Of a stretch of DNA of 64,000 nucleotides, positions 8,882 through 17,514 are shown piece by piece (position 1 is the stretch's first letter; each line of letters begins with the position of its first letter). The stretch is from Bacillota bacterium (GTDB lineage: Bacteria > Bacillota > Sulfobacillia > Sulfobacillales > JAIMBI01). The position numbers and the translations under genes were made by a program. The notes under the pieces are model-generated. The model did not search any database, was not told where the DNA came from, and saw only the letters and a list, made by a program, of their open reading frames with translations. The stretch lies in the NCBI GenBank assembly GCA_021846565.1, contig JAJZWS010000011.1, positions 4,797 to 68,796 on the forward strand, given 5' to 3'.

Positions 8882-9865
8882 CTACCGGCATTCCAGCAGA
8901 GAAAAGTCAGGCGTCAGCAAACTGGCCAGCAACGCCTTCTCCGTGTGCAACCGGTTTTCCGCCTGCTCCCACACGACCGATTGGGGACCATCCAACACCG
9001 CCGCGGCCACTTCTTCGCCCCGATGCGCCGGCAGACAATGCATAAAGACCGCGTCGGGGGCCGCCGACTGCATGAGCGCGGGCGTTACCTGGAAGCCTGT
9101 AAACGCCTGGCGACGCGCCGTCGCCTCGGCCTCTTGGCCCATTGACACCCACACGTCGGTGTACACCGCCCGCGCGCCATCGACGGCCGCCCCGGGATCC
9201 TCGGTCAGCACAACGCTGCCGCCGACTTGGCGCGCCGCTGCCGACGCCCACGCCGCGAGGGCGGCATCCGGTGCGTAGCCTGCAGGCGTCGCCACGCGGA
9301 GATCGAGCCCCACCAGCGCCGCAGCCTCGAGCCAGGCGGCCGCCATGTTGCTGCCATCCCCCACGTAAGCCACCGGGAACCCTTTGACCCCTCCAAACTG
9401 CTCAGACAGCGTCAGGAGGTCTGCCAGCGTCTGGCACGGGTGATACTGGTTGGACAGCGCATTGACGACGGGGATGGAAGCGGCCTCCGCCAGCTCCTCC
9501 AGCACACTTTGATCGCCCGTACGCAGCACGATGGCATCCACGTAGCGCGACAGCACCCGGCCGGTGTCGGCCAGCGTCTCGGCGCGTGCCAGCTGCAGGG
9601 TATTGGGGGCCAGCTCCAGCGGCAAGCCGCCCAGTTGCTGCACCGCCACGGCAAACGAGACCCGCGTGCGCGTGGAAGGCTTCTCGAAAATCAGGGCCAC
9701 GGTCATGCCGGCCAGCGGCTCGAGCCGTGTAGCCCAGCGGCGCTGCTTCATCTGGTGCGCCAAGTGCACCAGCTGCAGCACCTCGCCGCCACTCACATCC
9801 GCCAGCCGAAGAAAGTCGCGCCCCACCAAATGGGGTTGCGCGGCAAGAACAGGGGCAGTAGCCAC
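8882..9865 (-). CDS. argF: Ornithine carbamoyltransferase
   Basis: 327 aa. FEKPSTRTRVSF, HPCQ and HCLPAHRGEE motifs. GTG start with a GAGGAGG RBS. Confidence 0.93.
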   Translation of the reverse strand: MATAPVLAAQPHLVGRDFLRLADVSGGEVLQLVHLAHQMKQRRWATRLEPLAGMTVALIFEKPSTRTRVSFAVAVQQLGGLPLELAPNTLQLARAETLADTGRVLSRYVDAIVLRTGDQSVLEELAEAASIPVVNALSNQYHPCQTLADLLTLSEQFGGVKGFPVAYVGDGSNMAAAWLEAAALVGLDLRVATPAGYAPDAALAAWASAAARQVGGSVVLTEDPGAAVDGARAVYTDVWVSMGQEAEATARRQAFTGFQVTPALMQSAAPDAVFMHCLPAHRGEEVAAAVLDGPQSVVWEQAENRLHTEKALLASLLTPDFSLLECR

Positions 9866-9885
9866 AGCGACACCTCCTCAGGGAA

Positions 9886-9903
9886 TGTGAATATCTATGC
9901 ATC
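9886..9903. promoter_or_regulatory. Candidate ARG box (ArgR/AhrC operator) upstream of argF
   Basis: TGTGAATATCTATGCATC compared with the consensus wNTGAATwwwwATTCANw. It sits 21-38 nt upstream of the argF start in a local AT-rich patch. Confidence 0.45.
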
Positions 9904-10239
9904 AATGAGAAACTTATGTCAAGCCCACGCGGTCAGGGGCACAAAGTTTTTTGCTGTTCGGGGGCCAGCCGGGCCTGCCGTATCCCCGCACCCCCGAAAG
10001 ACTGCATAAGTCATTCGCGTGCATGCTTACCCCACCCCGAGTGCCCCGCCGGGCCTTTGGAGTTGCTGCGTCATACGATGTAAACCAGGAACCCAGACAG
10101 GCGCGCGGAAAGGTGGCATCGCTGCGCCGACACGAGTTGTCCCGGCGCCAACCGCGGCGACCCAGCGAATCGCTGTCCATGATCCTCGAGGAGGCCCTAC
10201 GTGCGTCGGAGTTTCTGCTGGTCCAATTTTGTGACACGC

Positions 10240-10770
10240 TTGTTGGCCGTGAATCCGATGTGGTGGGCACAAGCCCCGCCCGGGGGGAGATTGCCTGGCG
10301 GGCGCCACCGTACGAGGGGGACGCGGACCGCACTGCACCTCGAGTGGCCGGCCATCAACGTGCGGGCCGCGTTGGCGTACGCGGTTCGCTACGCCGGCGG
10401 GGTGGCCGACGCTCTGGCGGACATGAATCAGAGTGCCTCGGATCTGGCGCGGCAGCCGCCCGGCCGATATGTGTTCACCGTGGACGTCCGTGACGAAGCC
10501 CCACAGCGGCTCGACCATAGCCCGGCGGCTCGGCGAGCACGTGTCCGGCAGTGGCGAGGGCGCTCTCGGTGTCCATTGCGGTCCCCGGCCGGGAGCGCCG
10601 GACGACCTGCCGCTGAAGGAACCCGCCTCCGAGGGCCGCGGGCTGGTGACGGGTGACCTCCGAACCATCCCGCCGCTGCTGCGGCTGTGGGCCGAAGCCG
10701 GTCGGGCGCACGCGGGCGTTATGCTTGCCGACCGATGGACCATTCCCCCCAGCGACACCGGCGTCGGGCC
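10240..10770 (+). pseudogene. Possible decayed DUF433-like / DUF5615 (PIN-like) two-gene module
   Basis: No intact ORF. Across three successive frames the translations give RGTRTAL..EWPAINVRAALAYAVRYA (DUF433-like tail) and then GAPDDLPLKEPASEGRGLVTGDLRTIPPLLRLWAEAGRAHAGVMLA (DUF5615-like GA.De..L..A..EgR.LVT.D..F..L....HAGvi). Family assignment is from memory of consensus patterns only. Confidence 0.3.
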
Positions 10771-10905
10771 GTGCGCTCGCCAGGCTTGTCGTCGACACCA
10801 GTCAGGTGGATTGGACCAACCGCTGCGATTACCGGCATCGCGTCCGCTGATAGCTTTCGTTTCCCTTTCTTCCCCGCGGGCGTGGCGTGCGGTTGGCAAC
10901 CCCGG

Positions 10906-11799
10906 CTACCCGATGGCTGGCTCCAGAAACCGGGCCCACTGGTTCGCCACGTGAGACAGGCGCGCAGGCGCCGAGGCAGTTCGCCCGCGCGCAATTTGCC
11001 GTTCACGCACGTTGACGTTGGTGAGGGCTTCGGTCACCGCGGCCGGGAACGCCTCGACGCGGGTCGCCTCCACCACGAGGGCCGCATGACCCGATGCTTC
11101 GCGGGCAGCGGGCGTGTCCAGTGCCACCGCCGGCAGGCCGGCGGCCGCGGCCCAGCCGAGCCAATAGGGATATCCGTCGTCCTCGGCCTGGACCAAGACG
11201 TCGGCGCCGTGCAACAGGCCGGCGGCTTCGCGCGGTGACACGCGGGGCAGCAGCACCACATGTTCAGACAGGCCCAGATGAGCCACCAGCGGGGCGATGC
11301 GCTCCCGATGCGGCAGCGCCCCCAGCAGCACCAGCTCCCCTTCGCGGTGCAGCACATCGCGCACCAAGGGCAACAGCCGTGTCAGGCCCTGGCCGCGCTC
11401 CCAATCGGCGGCAGCCAACACCCGGGGCCGGGCCTCCAAGTGATAGCGTTCGTTCACGTCGACGACGGCCCGCGTGTCGTCCCAGTCGTAGAGCGGCTCG
11501 GGCGCCGGAAACGGCAGCACCACGACCTGAGCAGCTAGTCCCCTCCCGCGCTCCTGGAGCGCGCGCTTCAGATCCTGGGTGGGGACCACCACCCCCTGCC
11601 CGCGAAACGTCAGAGGCCCGGCGGGCAGGCGGGTAACGGCCGCGACGCCGTGCCGCCGCACGTCGGCGAGCCTCGAGGACACCGCTACCCGCCTCGACCC
11701 CGCGCCCGACGCCGCGGCAATGGCGTCAGGCAAAACGTCCGCCTGGACGCGGTCCGCGTCGGCGGCGCTGCGCGCGACGCGCCAGTCGACGCGGATCAC
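10906..11799 (-). CDS. Short GT-B (GT4-like) glycosyltransferase, translationally coupled to the oxidoreductase anchor gene
   Basis: C-terminal domain resembles GT4: LVLLGALP..HVVLLPRVSPREAAGLLHGADVLVQAEDDGYPYWLGWAAAAGLPAVAL. GTG start at 11799 overlaps the upstream stop as GTGA. The upstream extension of the 10906..12525 ORF is the shadow of the anchor gene. Confidence 0.55.
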   Translation of the reverse strand: MIRVDWRVARSAADADRVQADVLPDAIAAASGAGSRRVAVSSRLADVRRHGVAAVTRLPAGPLTFRGQGVVVPTQDLKRALQERGRGLAAQVVVLPFPAPEPLYDWDDTRAVVDVNERYHLEARPRVLAAADWERGQGLTRLLPLVRDVLHREGELVLLGALPHRERIAPLVAHLGLSEHVVLLPRVSPREAAGLLHGADVLVQAEDDGYPYWLGWAAAAGLPAVALDTPAAREASGHAALVVEATRVEAFPAAVTEALTNVNVRERQIARGRTASAPARLSHVANQWARFLEPAIG

Positions 11800-12761
11800 G
11801 GCGCTGGGGTCCGCGTTGGCTCCCACGGCGAGGCGGCCCCGCTGGTGAGCCAGATGGAGGAGCTGTGGGTGGCGTCTGCAAAAAACAGCCAGCGCTCGTA
11901 GTACACGCCGGCCGCCGCCGTGACAGCTCCCAGGAGGGCGACGGGCGAGGAGGCGCTGACCATCAGGAGCACGGCGGTCAGCACGCCCGCCAGCACCAGC
12001 GGGCCACGGGCGCGCTGGCGTTCTTCGTCCGTCAGCGGGCGCCACACCTGTGGCTGGGTCCGATACGGCGTACGGCTGGTGCCGCTGTCGGCGAGACGGT
12101 ACAGGCGTCCGGGCATGCCCATCGCCTGCCCCGACTCCACACGCACACGCGCCCGCCGAAACACCCGCCACTGAACGCCCTTCAGGACGGCCAACACCAA
12201 CAACGCCCACACCAGCGCGACGGCGAGCCCGGTCTCCGACGCCCGCGTTGCCACCACCAGCAGGGCCCAGGCCCACACCCCGCCCGCCACGAGACCGGTG
12301 CCCATCATGGCCGGCACCGTCATAGGCGTGCGCCAGCTCAACATGGCAGGAATCGTTGCATAAATCATGGCGGTGACCCACATGGCCAGTAGGCCCAACA
12401 GCGCCGTGGCGGTGAAGAGACCGCGCTCCACGCCCGGGGCGACGGGGTGCACCACCGACACTAGGACCGAGAGCGCCGCCGCCACCCCAAACGGCGCTGT
12501 GGTGGCCACCTCGCGTGACAGCCACGAGGACTTAAGGCGCCGCAGGATGAATTTCGCGGCCGCGCGCCGGTGCATGTGGAACGTGGACGCGAGTCCGCCT
12601 CCCCCCACCAGCAGCAGTCCCACGAGCGCCAGGAAACCGGGCGCCGCGCTGTGCAGGAATGGCACCCCTGCCACCCAGCCCAAAGCGGCCAGCACGAAAA
12701 ACACGCCGCCCGCCAGGCCTTGAAGGCCGGTCATCAGGATGAGCGGACCCGTTGGTCGCAT
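11796..12761 (-). CDS. DmsC/YnfH-type polytopic membrane anchor subunit (SoeC-like)
   Basis: 321 aa and about 8 hydrophobic segments. Starts 1 nt after the stop of the 4Fe-4S subunit gene. Confidence 0.7.
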   Translation of the reverse strand: MRPTGPLILMTGLQGLAGGVFFVLAALGWVAGVPFLHSAAPGFLALVGLLLVGGGGLASTFHMHRRAAAKFILRRLKSSWLSREVATTAPFGVAAALSVLVSVVHPVAPGVERGLFTATALLGLLAMWVTAMIYATIPAMLSWRTPMTVPAMMGTGLVAGGVWAWALLVVATRASETGLAVALVWALLVLAVLKGVQWRVFRRARVRVESGQAMGMPGRLYRLADSGTSRTPYRTQPQVWRPLTDEERQRARGPLVLAGVLTAVLLMVSASSPVALLGAVTAAAGVYYERWLFFADATHSSSIWLTSGAASPWEPTRTPAP

Positions 12762-12762
12762 A

Positions 12763-13425
12763 TCAGTAGCTCCCCGTCAGCAGAGTGTCCAGCTTGTCGT
12801 CGTCCACCGCACTCGCCACCGGGCGCCGCGGCAGATAGTGCACGGCCGGATTGGCCCCGAGCTCCGGCAGCAGTTGAAAGCCCCGCTGTTCGGCCACCAA
12901 ACGCGCCACCTTCGAGTCGGGGTCATCCAGGTCACCGTAGGTGCGAGCGTGGGTGGGACAGCTTTGCACACACGCCGGCTGCCGGTCCTCGGGTGCCAGC
13001 GTCTCATCCTCGATGCGGTCGATGCACAGCGTGCACTTTTTGACGACGCCATGGTGCTCGTCAAACTCACGCACCCCGTAGGGGCAGGCCCACATGCACA
13101 GCTGGCACCCGATGCAGCTCTCGTAGTCCACGAGCACGACACCGTTGTCCTCGCGCTTGAACGACGCACCGGTGGGGCAGACCGGCACACACGGCGCGTC
13201 ATAGCAGTGCATGCACGCCTTGGGCAGATACAGAACGTCGGCGTCGGGGTATTCGCCCCCCTCCATGCCCACGATCCGGTTCCACCACATGCCGTCTGGA
13301 TCCGCGTACGGATCCTGGTCCGGCACCGGGCCGAACGACCCCCCGGTGTTGTGCTCCTTGCACGACACCTGGCAGCTTTTGCACCCCACGCATTTATTGA
13401 GGTCGGTGATAATGGTCAGCTGCAT
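12763..13425 (-). CDS. 4x[4Fe-4S] ferredoxin-type electron-transfer subunit (DmsB/SoeB-like)
   Basis: 220 aa. Cys clusters CVGCKSCQVSC, CMHCYDAPCVPVCP, CIGCQLCMWACP and CTLCIDR..ACVQSCP. Confidence 0.9.
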   Translation of the reverse strand: MQLTIITDLNKCVGCKSCQVSCKEHNTGGSFGPVPDQDPYADPDGMWWNRIVGMEGGEYPDADVLYLPKACMHCYDAPCVPVCPTGASFKREDNGVVLVDYESCIGCQLCMWACPYGVREFDEHHGVVKKCTLCIDRIEDETLAPEDRQPACVQSCPTHARTYGDLDDPDSKVARLVAEQRGFQLLPELGANPAVHYLPRRPVASAVDDDKLDTLLTGSY

Positions 13426-13474
13426 GGCACACTCCTCCCTCCATCATGTGGCCTGTGGCATCTGGCGCCGCCGC

Positions 13475-16387
13475 TCATCGCCGCTCATGTCTCGGCAACC
13501 TGAGGTGGTGCAGCAGGTCCGGCGCCCCGGTGGCATGCGGATTGTCCACATGGGTGGTGTACGCGAGCCGCGCCTGGCTCACAGCGCCGGGCCGCCGCGG
13601 CGGCACCGCGGCCACTTTGGGCCACACCTCGTGCAGGTCCGACGGGTAGATCCGCACCCGCGTGTCGTACCAGCCCGCCTGACCCGTCACCGGATCGTTG
13701 TTGAAGAAGATCCCAGGCCCGCTGTGCGGCGCCACGTCCGGAATAATATGATTCACCAGCACCGCGCGGGTGGCCTCGGGCGCATCCGGGTGGAGCCCCC
13801 ACGCTCCCGGCCCCTTGGCAATCGCATTCCAGGTCCAAATGGTGCGGGGCTCCACCGCTTCCGAGAGCCGCACGCGGGCCGTCATCCGGCCGAGGCGCGA
13901 CTCCACCCACACCCACTGACCATCCACGATGTGCAACGATTCGGCCAGCACGGGATTGATAAACACGGGGTTCTCGTGCAGCAGCTGGCGCAGCCACGCG
14001 TTCATCGAGCCCCACGAGTGATAGTGCGTCATGGGCCGCTGCGTCAAAATCCGCAGCGGAAACGCCTCGGCGCCGGGCAGGGTGTCTTCCAGCGGAGGGT
14101 ACCACGACGCCAACGGATCCATGTAGCGCACCAGCCGCGCCGCCAGATGCGGATTGCTGGGCCGCTGGCCCGGCCACAAGCCCTGGCCCGCCAGCCGAAA
14201 TGTCTGCAGCGGCTCCGAGTAAAGATTCAAGACGATGGGAGCGGGCTCCTGGATGAACTTGTGATCCGTCGCCCACGCGAGATACGCCTGGTTGGCCATA
14301 CGGAAGTACCGGGCCCCGGGTGGCAGGTGGAGGCGCCAAAAGGCCCGGTGTGTGGCGTACGCCTCAAGCTGGCCGGGATTGGGCTTTCCCACCAGCTCCG
14401 CCTTGCCGTTGACGCCGCGGAACCCGGCCAAGAGCCCCACCCCCGATCCGGGCTCCGTTTCCCACTCCTGGACGAAATCAGCGTAGCTGTCGTATAGGGG
14501 CTCGCCCTCTTTGTCCACGAACCGGGGCAGCTTCAGGCGGTTTGCCATCTCAATCAGCACATCCGCGGTGGGGCGCACGCCTGGCGGCGGCGGCACCACG
14601 GGCTGGCGAATGGAGTCGGCCGGCCCGTCCGGTTCGGAGATGGGGCGGTCCAGGAGGCTGGTCGCGTCCCAGCGCTCCAAATATGTCGTGTCGGGCAGGA
14701 CCAGATCGGCAAAGTGAACGGTTTCAGAATCATAGGTGTCAAACACCACCACGTGCGGAATCCGGTACTGGCCGGACTCGTCCTGCGCCGTCAGCATCGC
14801 GCGAGTGTCGAGCGTGTTCCACGTGGAGTTCCACGCCAGATTGGCCATGTACACCAAGAGCGTGTCAATCGGGTAGGGATTGGCGTCGTGGGCGTTCCGA
14901 ATCACGTTTTGGATCGCGCCGTGCACCGCCAGCGGGTACTTCCACGAATAGCTCTCATCGATGCGGAGAGGCCGGTCCCCATCCACCAAGAGGTCGTCCG
15001 GCGACGTGGGATACCCCAGGATCGGGCCCGAGGCGGCGCGCTTGGGTTCGTAGTCGTGCGGGCCGTGCGCCGGCTTCACGGGTGGCGGCACCGGCTTCGG
15101 GTAGGGACTCTTGTACAGAAATCCCCCGGGACGGTCAATGGCACCCAGCACCATCATCAGGGTGAACAGGCCGCGAATCGTCTGGAATCCATTGGTGTGC
15201 GCGGCGAGGCCCCGCATGGCGTGAAACGCCACCGGCCGGCCCACGGTCGTGTCGTAGTGCTGGCCGTACACGTCGGTCCAGGGAATAGGAAGCTCGACCG
15301 GATGGTTGAAGGCCGCGTCGGCCATCTCCAGGGCCAACCGCACTATCGTGCGCCGTGGAACATCCGTGAGGGTTTCGGCCCACCGGGGCGTCGCCGCCTT
15401 CAGGCGGTCAAACAGAATCGCCACGGCCGGCCGAACCCGTTCCCCGGCCAGGACCGCCTCACCCTCGAGCGCTCCGTGGCCCGCGGCGTCCAAATACGGC
15501 AGCGGGCGCCCGTCGGGTCCCAGCACCAGCGGCTGTCCCTCGGCATCCCGTGCGAACAATCCGTCACCCGCGGTGCCAGGCGCCACCCGCACCAAGTGGG
15601 CGGCGTTGGTGTAGCGCGCCAAAAACTCCCGGTCGATGAGCCCCTCTTCAACCAGTACGTGCATGAAGGCCATGAACAGCGCGCCATCGGTGCCGGGACG
15701 AATCGGCACCCACTCATCGGCCAGCGCCCCGTAGCCACTCTTGACCGGGTTTAACACCACAAATCGCCCGCCCCGGTCTTTTAAGGCGGCGATCGACAGT
15801 TTCAAGGGATTGGAGGGGTGGTCCTCCGCCACGCCGGCCAAGAGAAACCAACGCGACTCGTCCAGGTCGGGCCAGCCAAACTCCCACATGCTGCCGCCAA
15901 CCGAATACATGCCGCCGGCGGCCATGTTGACCGAGCAGAACCCGCCATGTGCGGCCCAGTTGGGGGTGCCGAACTGCTGGGCCCAAAAGCCGTTGAACGC
16001 CTGCATCTGGTCTCGGCCCGTGAAGTAGGCAAGCTTCCGCGGGTCGGTATCGCGAATGTTGCCTAGCCAGCCGGCCAGCGTGGTGAGCGCGGTGTCCCAG
16101 TCCACGGGCTTTAGTCCCCCCTGCCCCCGCGGAGCATCCGGGTCGCGCATCAGGGGCGTAGTGAGGCGCGCCGGGCTGTACTGCGTCATGATGCCCGCGC
16201 CGCCCTTCGCGCACCACACCCCCTTGTTGACCGGATGCTCCGCAATCCCCTTGATGAAGCGCACGCGATTGTCCTCGACGCGCACTTCCAAGCCGCAGCG
16301 GCACGCACACATGTAGCACGTGGTGTGCACGGTGCGCGTGCTGGGCACGCTCGCAATCGGCTCGACCGTCTCTTTTCGAAGCGCCAT
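13475..16387 (-). CDS. Molybdopterin (bis-MGD) oxidoreductase catalytic subunit without a Tat signal (SoeA-like candidate sulfite dehydrogenase)
   Basis: About 970 aa. N-terminal Fe-S motif CYMCACRCG. No twin-arginine motif before it (MALRKETVEPIASVPSTRTVHTT). GGGAGG lies 6 nt before ATG 16387. Gene order is A-B-C. Confidence 0.85.
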   Translation of the reverse strand: MALRKETVEPIASVPSTRTVHTTCYMCACRCGLEVRVEDNRVRFIKGIAEHPVNKGVWCAKGGAGIMTQYSPARLTTPLMRDPDAPRGQGGLKPVDWDTALTTLAGWLGNIRDTDPRKLAYFTGRDQMQAFNGFWAQQFGTPNWAAHGGFCSVNMAAGGMYSVGGSMWEFGWPDLDESRWFLLAGVAEDHPSNPLKLSIAALKDRGGRFVVLNPVKSGYGALADEWVPIRPGTDGALFMAFMHVLVEEGLIDREFLARYTNAAHLVRVAPGTAGDGLFARDAEGQPLVLGPDGRPLPYLDAAGHGALEGEAVLAGERVRPAVAILFDRLKAATPRWAETLTDVPRRTIVRLALEMADAAFNHPVELPIPWTDVYGQHYDTTVGRPVAFHAMRGLAAHTNGFQTIRGLFTLMMVLGAIDRPGGFLYKSPYPKPVPPPVKPAHGPHDYEPKRAASGPILGYPTSPDDLLVDGDRPLRIDESYSWKYPLAVHGAIQNVIRNAHDANPYPIDTLLVYMANLAWNSTWNTLDTRAMLTAQDESGQYRIPHVVVFDTYDSETVHFADLVLPDTTYLERWDATSLLDRPISEPDGPADSIRQPVVPPPPGVRPTADVLIEMANRLKLPRFVDKEGEPLYDSYADFVQEWETEPGSGVGLLAGFRGVNGKAELVGKPNPGQLEAYATHRAFWRLHLPPGARYFRMANQAYLAWATDHKFIQEPAPIVLNLYSEPLQTFRLAGQGLWPGQRPSNPHLAARLVRYMDPLASWYPPLEDTLPGAEAFPLRILTQRPMTHYHSWGSMNAWLRQLLHENPVFINPVLAESLHIVDGQWVWVESRLGRMTARVRLSEAVEPRTIWTWNAIAKGPGAWGLHPDAPEATRAVLVNHIIPDVAPHSGPGIFFNNDPVTGQAGWYDTRVRIYPSDLHEVWPKVAAVPPRRPGAVSQARLAYTTHVDNPHATGAPDLLHHLRLPRHERR

Positions 16388-16421
16388 TAGCATCCTCCCG
16401 CCAGCCCGAGGGGCGACTTTT

Positions 16422-16436
16422 CGTATGCCATGTACG
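16422..16436. promoter_or_regulatory. Dyad CGTA-N7-TACG in the divergent soeA-like/lysR intergenic region; candidate LTTR box
   Basis: cgtatgccatgtacg, 35-50 nt upstream of the oxidoreductase start. A further GTATG/CATAC inverted pair lies about 30 nt away. Confidence 0.3.
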
Positions 16437-16611
16437 CTAAGACAGTTGATGGGGCCCCGGCATACGGGATTGGTGCATGCCGCGTGCACCGTTTGCGCGA
16501 GCCAGCGGCTGGCCGTGCCCCATCCTCCCAGGAAGCGAACGGGCTATACTGAGCCACTAGGCAGGCGGCGGCGCCGCCCCAGGATTGTGCAGCGAATGGA
16601 GCGTCGGTCGT

Positions 16612-17514
16612 ATGAACCCGCAGAGCTGGGAAACGTTTCGGGCGGTCGCGGAGGCGAGATCCATCTCGGCCGCCGCGCGCACCTTGAACTTGTCCCCGTC
16701 GGCAGTGAGCCAGCAGATTCAACAGATGGAGGAGAGCTATCACTGCCGGCTCCTAGTGCGCCACACGCATGGGGTGAACCTCACGACTGAGGGGGAAGTG
16801 CTGTACCGCTATGCCAAAAGGTTGTTGCGCACACTGGCGGAGTCGCACGAGCGATTAGCCGAGCTGTCAGATCCCGCAGCGTCCCGGCTGCGCATTGGGG
16901 CCAGCCTGACGATTGCGGAGTATGTGCTGCCCGACGTGCTCGCGCAGCTGTATCGGCCCGAGCCACGCGATCACGTGTCGGTCATGATGGCCAACTCCGA
17001 GGCCGTGTGCGACTTTGTCCTGAACCAGGCCGTGGACGTAGGGTTGGTGGAAGCCGAGGTGGAAAAAGGCCCGCTGGTCGCGGAGCGGTTCTACACGGAC
17101 CGCGCGGCGGTCTACGTGGGGGCGGGCCACCGGTGGGCCACTCAACAGGCCATCGACCTAGAGGAGTTCATGCAGGAACCCCTCATTCTCCGAGAACCCG
17201 GCTCGGGCACCCGCCGCGCGCTGGAGCGTGCGCTGGACGACCACGAACGGGGCATCGAGGATTTGTCCGTGCGCCTCGTGCTGGCGACCACCGAAGCGAT
17301 TAAGGCGATGGTGCGGGCGGGATTTGGGGCCACGGTGTTGTCGCCTCTTGCCATCCGCCCCGACGAGACGTCTGGCTTCCATGCGATGGCGGTGCGGGGC
17401 CTTGATCTCACCCGTCACTTTTACGCCGTGCACCTACCCGTCACACTGCCGGCCGGCGCGCGCCGTCTGATTCACCTGTTGACGCGGCCCACTGCAAAAG
17501 TCGGCGAGCAATAA
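16612..17514 (+). CDS. LysR-family transcriptional regulator
   Basis: N-terminal HTH FRAVAEARSISAAARTLNLSPSAVSQQIQQME and a LysR substrate-binding domain. Divergent from the Mo-oxidoreductase operon. Confidence 0.88.
   Translation: MNPQSWETFRAVAEARSISAAARTLNLSPSAVSQQIQQMEESYHCRLLVRHTHGVNLTTEGEVLYRYAKRLLRTLAESHERLAELSDPAASRLRIGASLTIAEYVLPDVLAQLYRPEPRDHVSVMMANSEAVCDFVLNQAVDVGLVEAEVEKGPLVAERFYTDRAAVYVGAGHRWATQQAIDLEEFMQEPLILREPGSGTRRALERALDDHERGIEDLSVRLVLATTEAIKAMVRAGFGATVLSPLAIRPDETSGFHAMAVRGLDLTRHFYAVHLPVTLPAGARRLIHLLTRPTAKVGEQ

Noticed and set aside
7217-9145. 642-aa plus-strand ORF across argH, argG and argF
   Set aside because: It is antisense to three unmistakable arginine biosynthesis genes and has no domain-like sequence.
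16388-16489. Longer N-terminus for the Mo-oxidoreductase (ORF track start 16489) that might hide a Tat signal
   Set aside because: The extension (MHAACTNPVCRGPINCLSVHGIRKVAPRAGGR) has no RRxFLK-type motif or hydrophobic h-region. The RBS fits ATG 16387.
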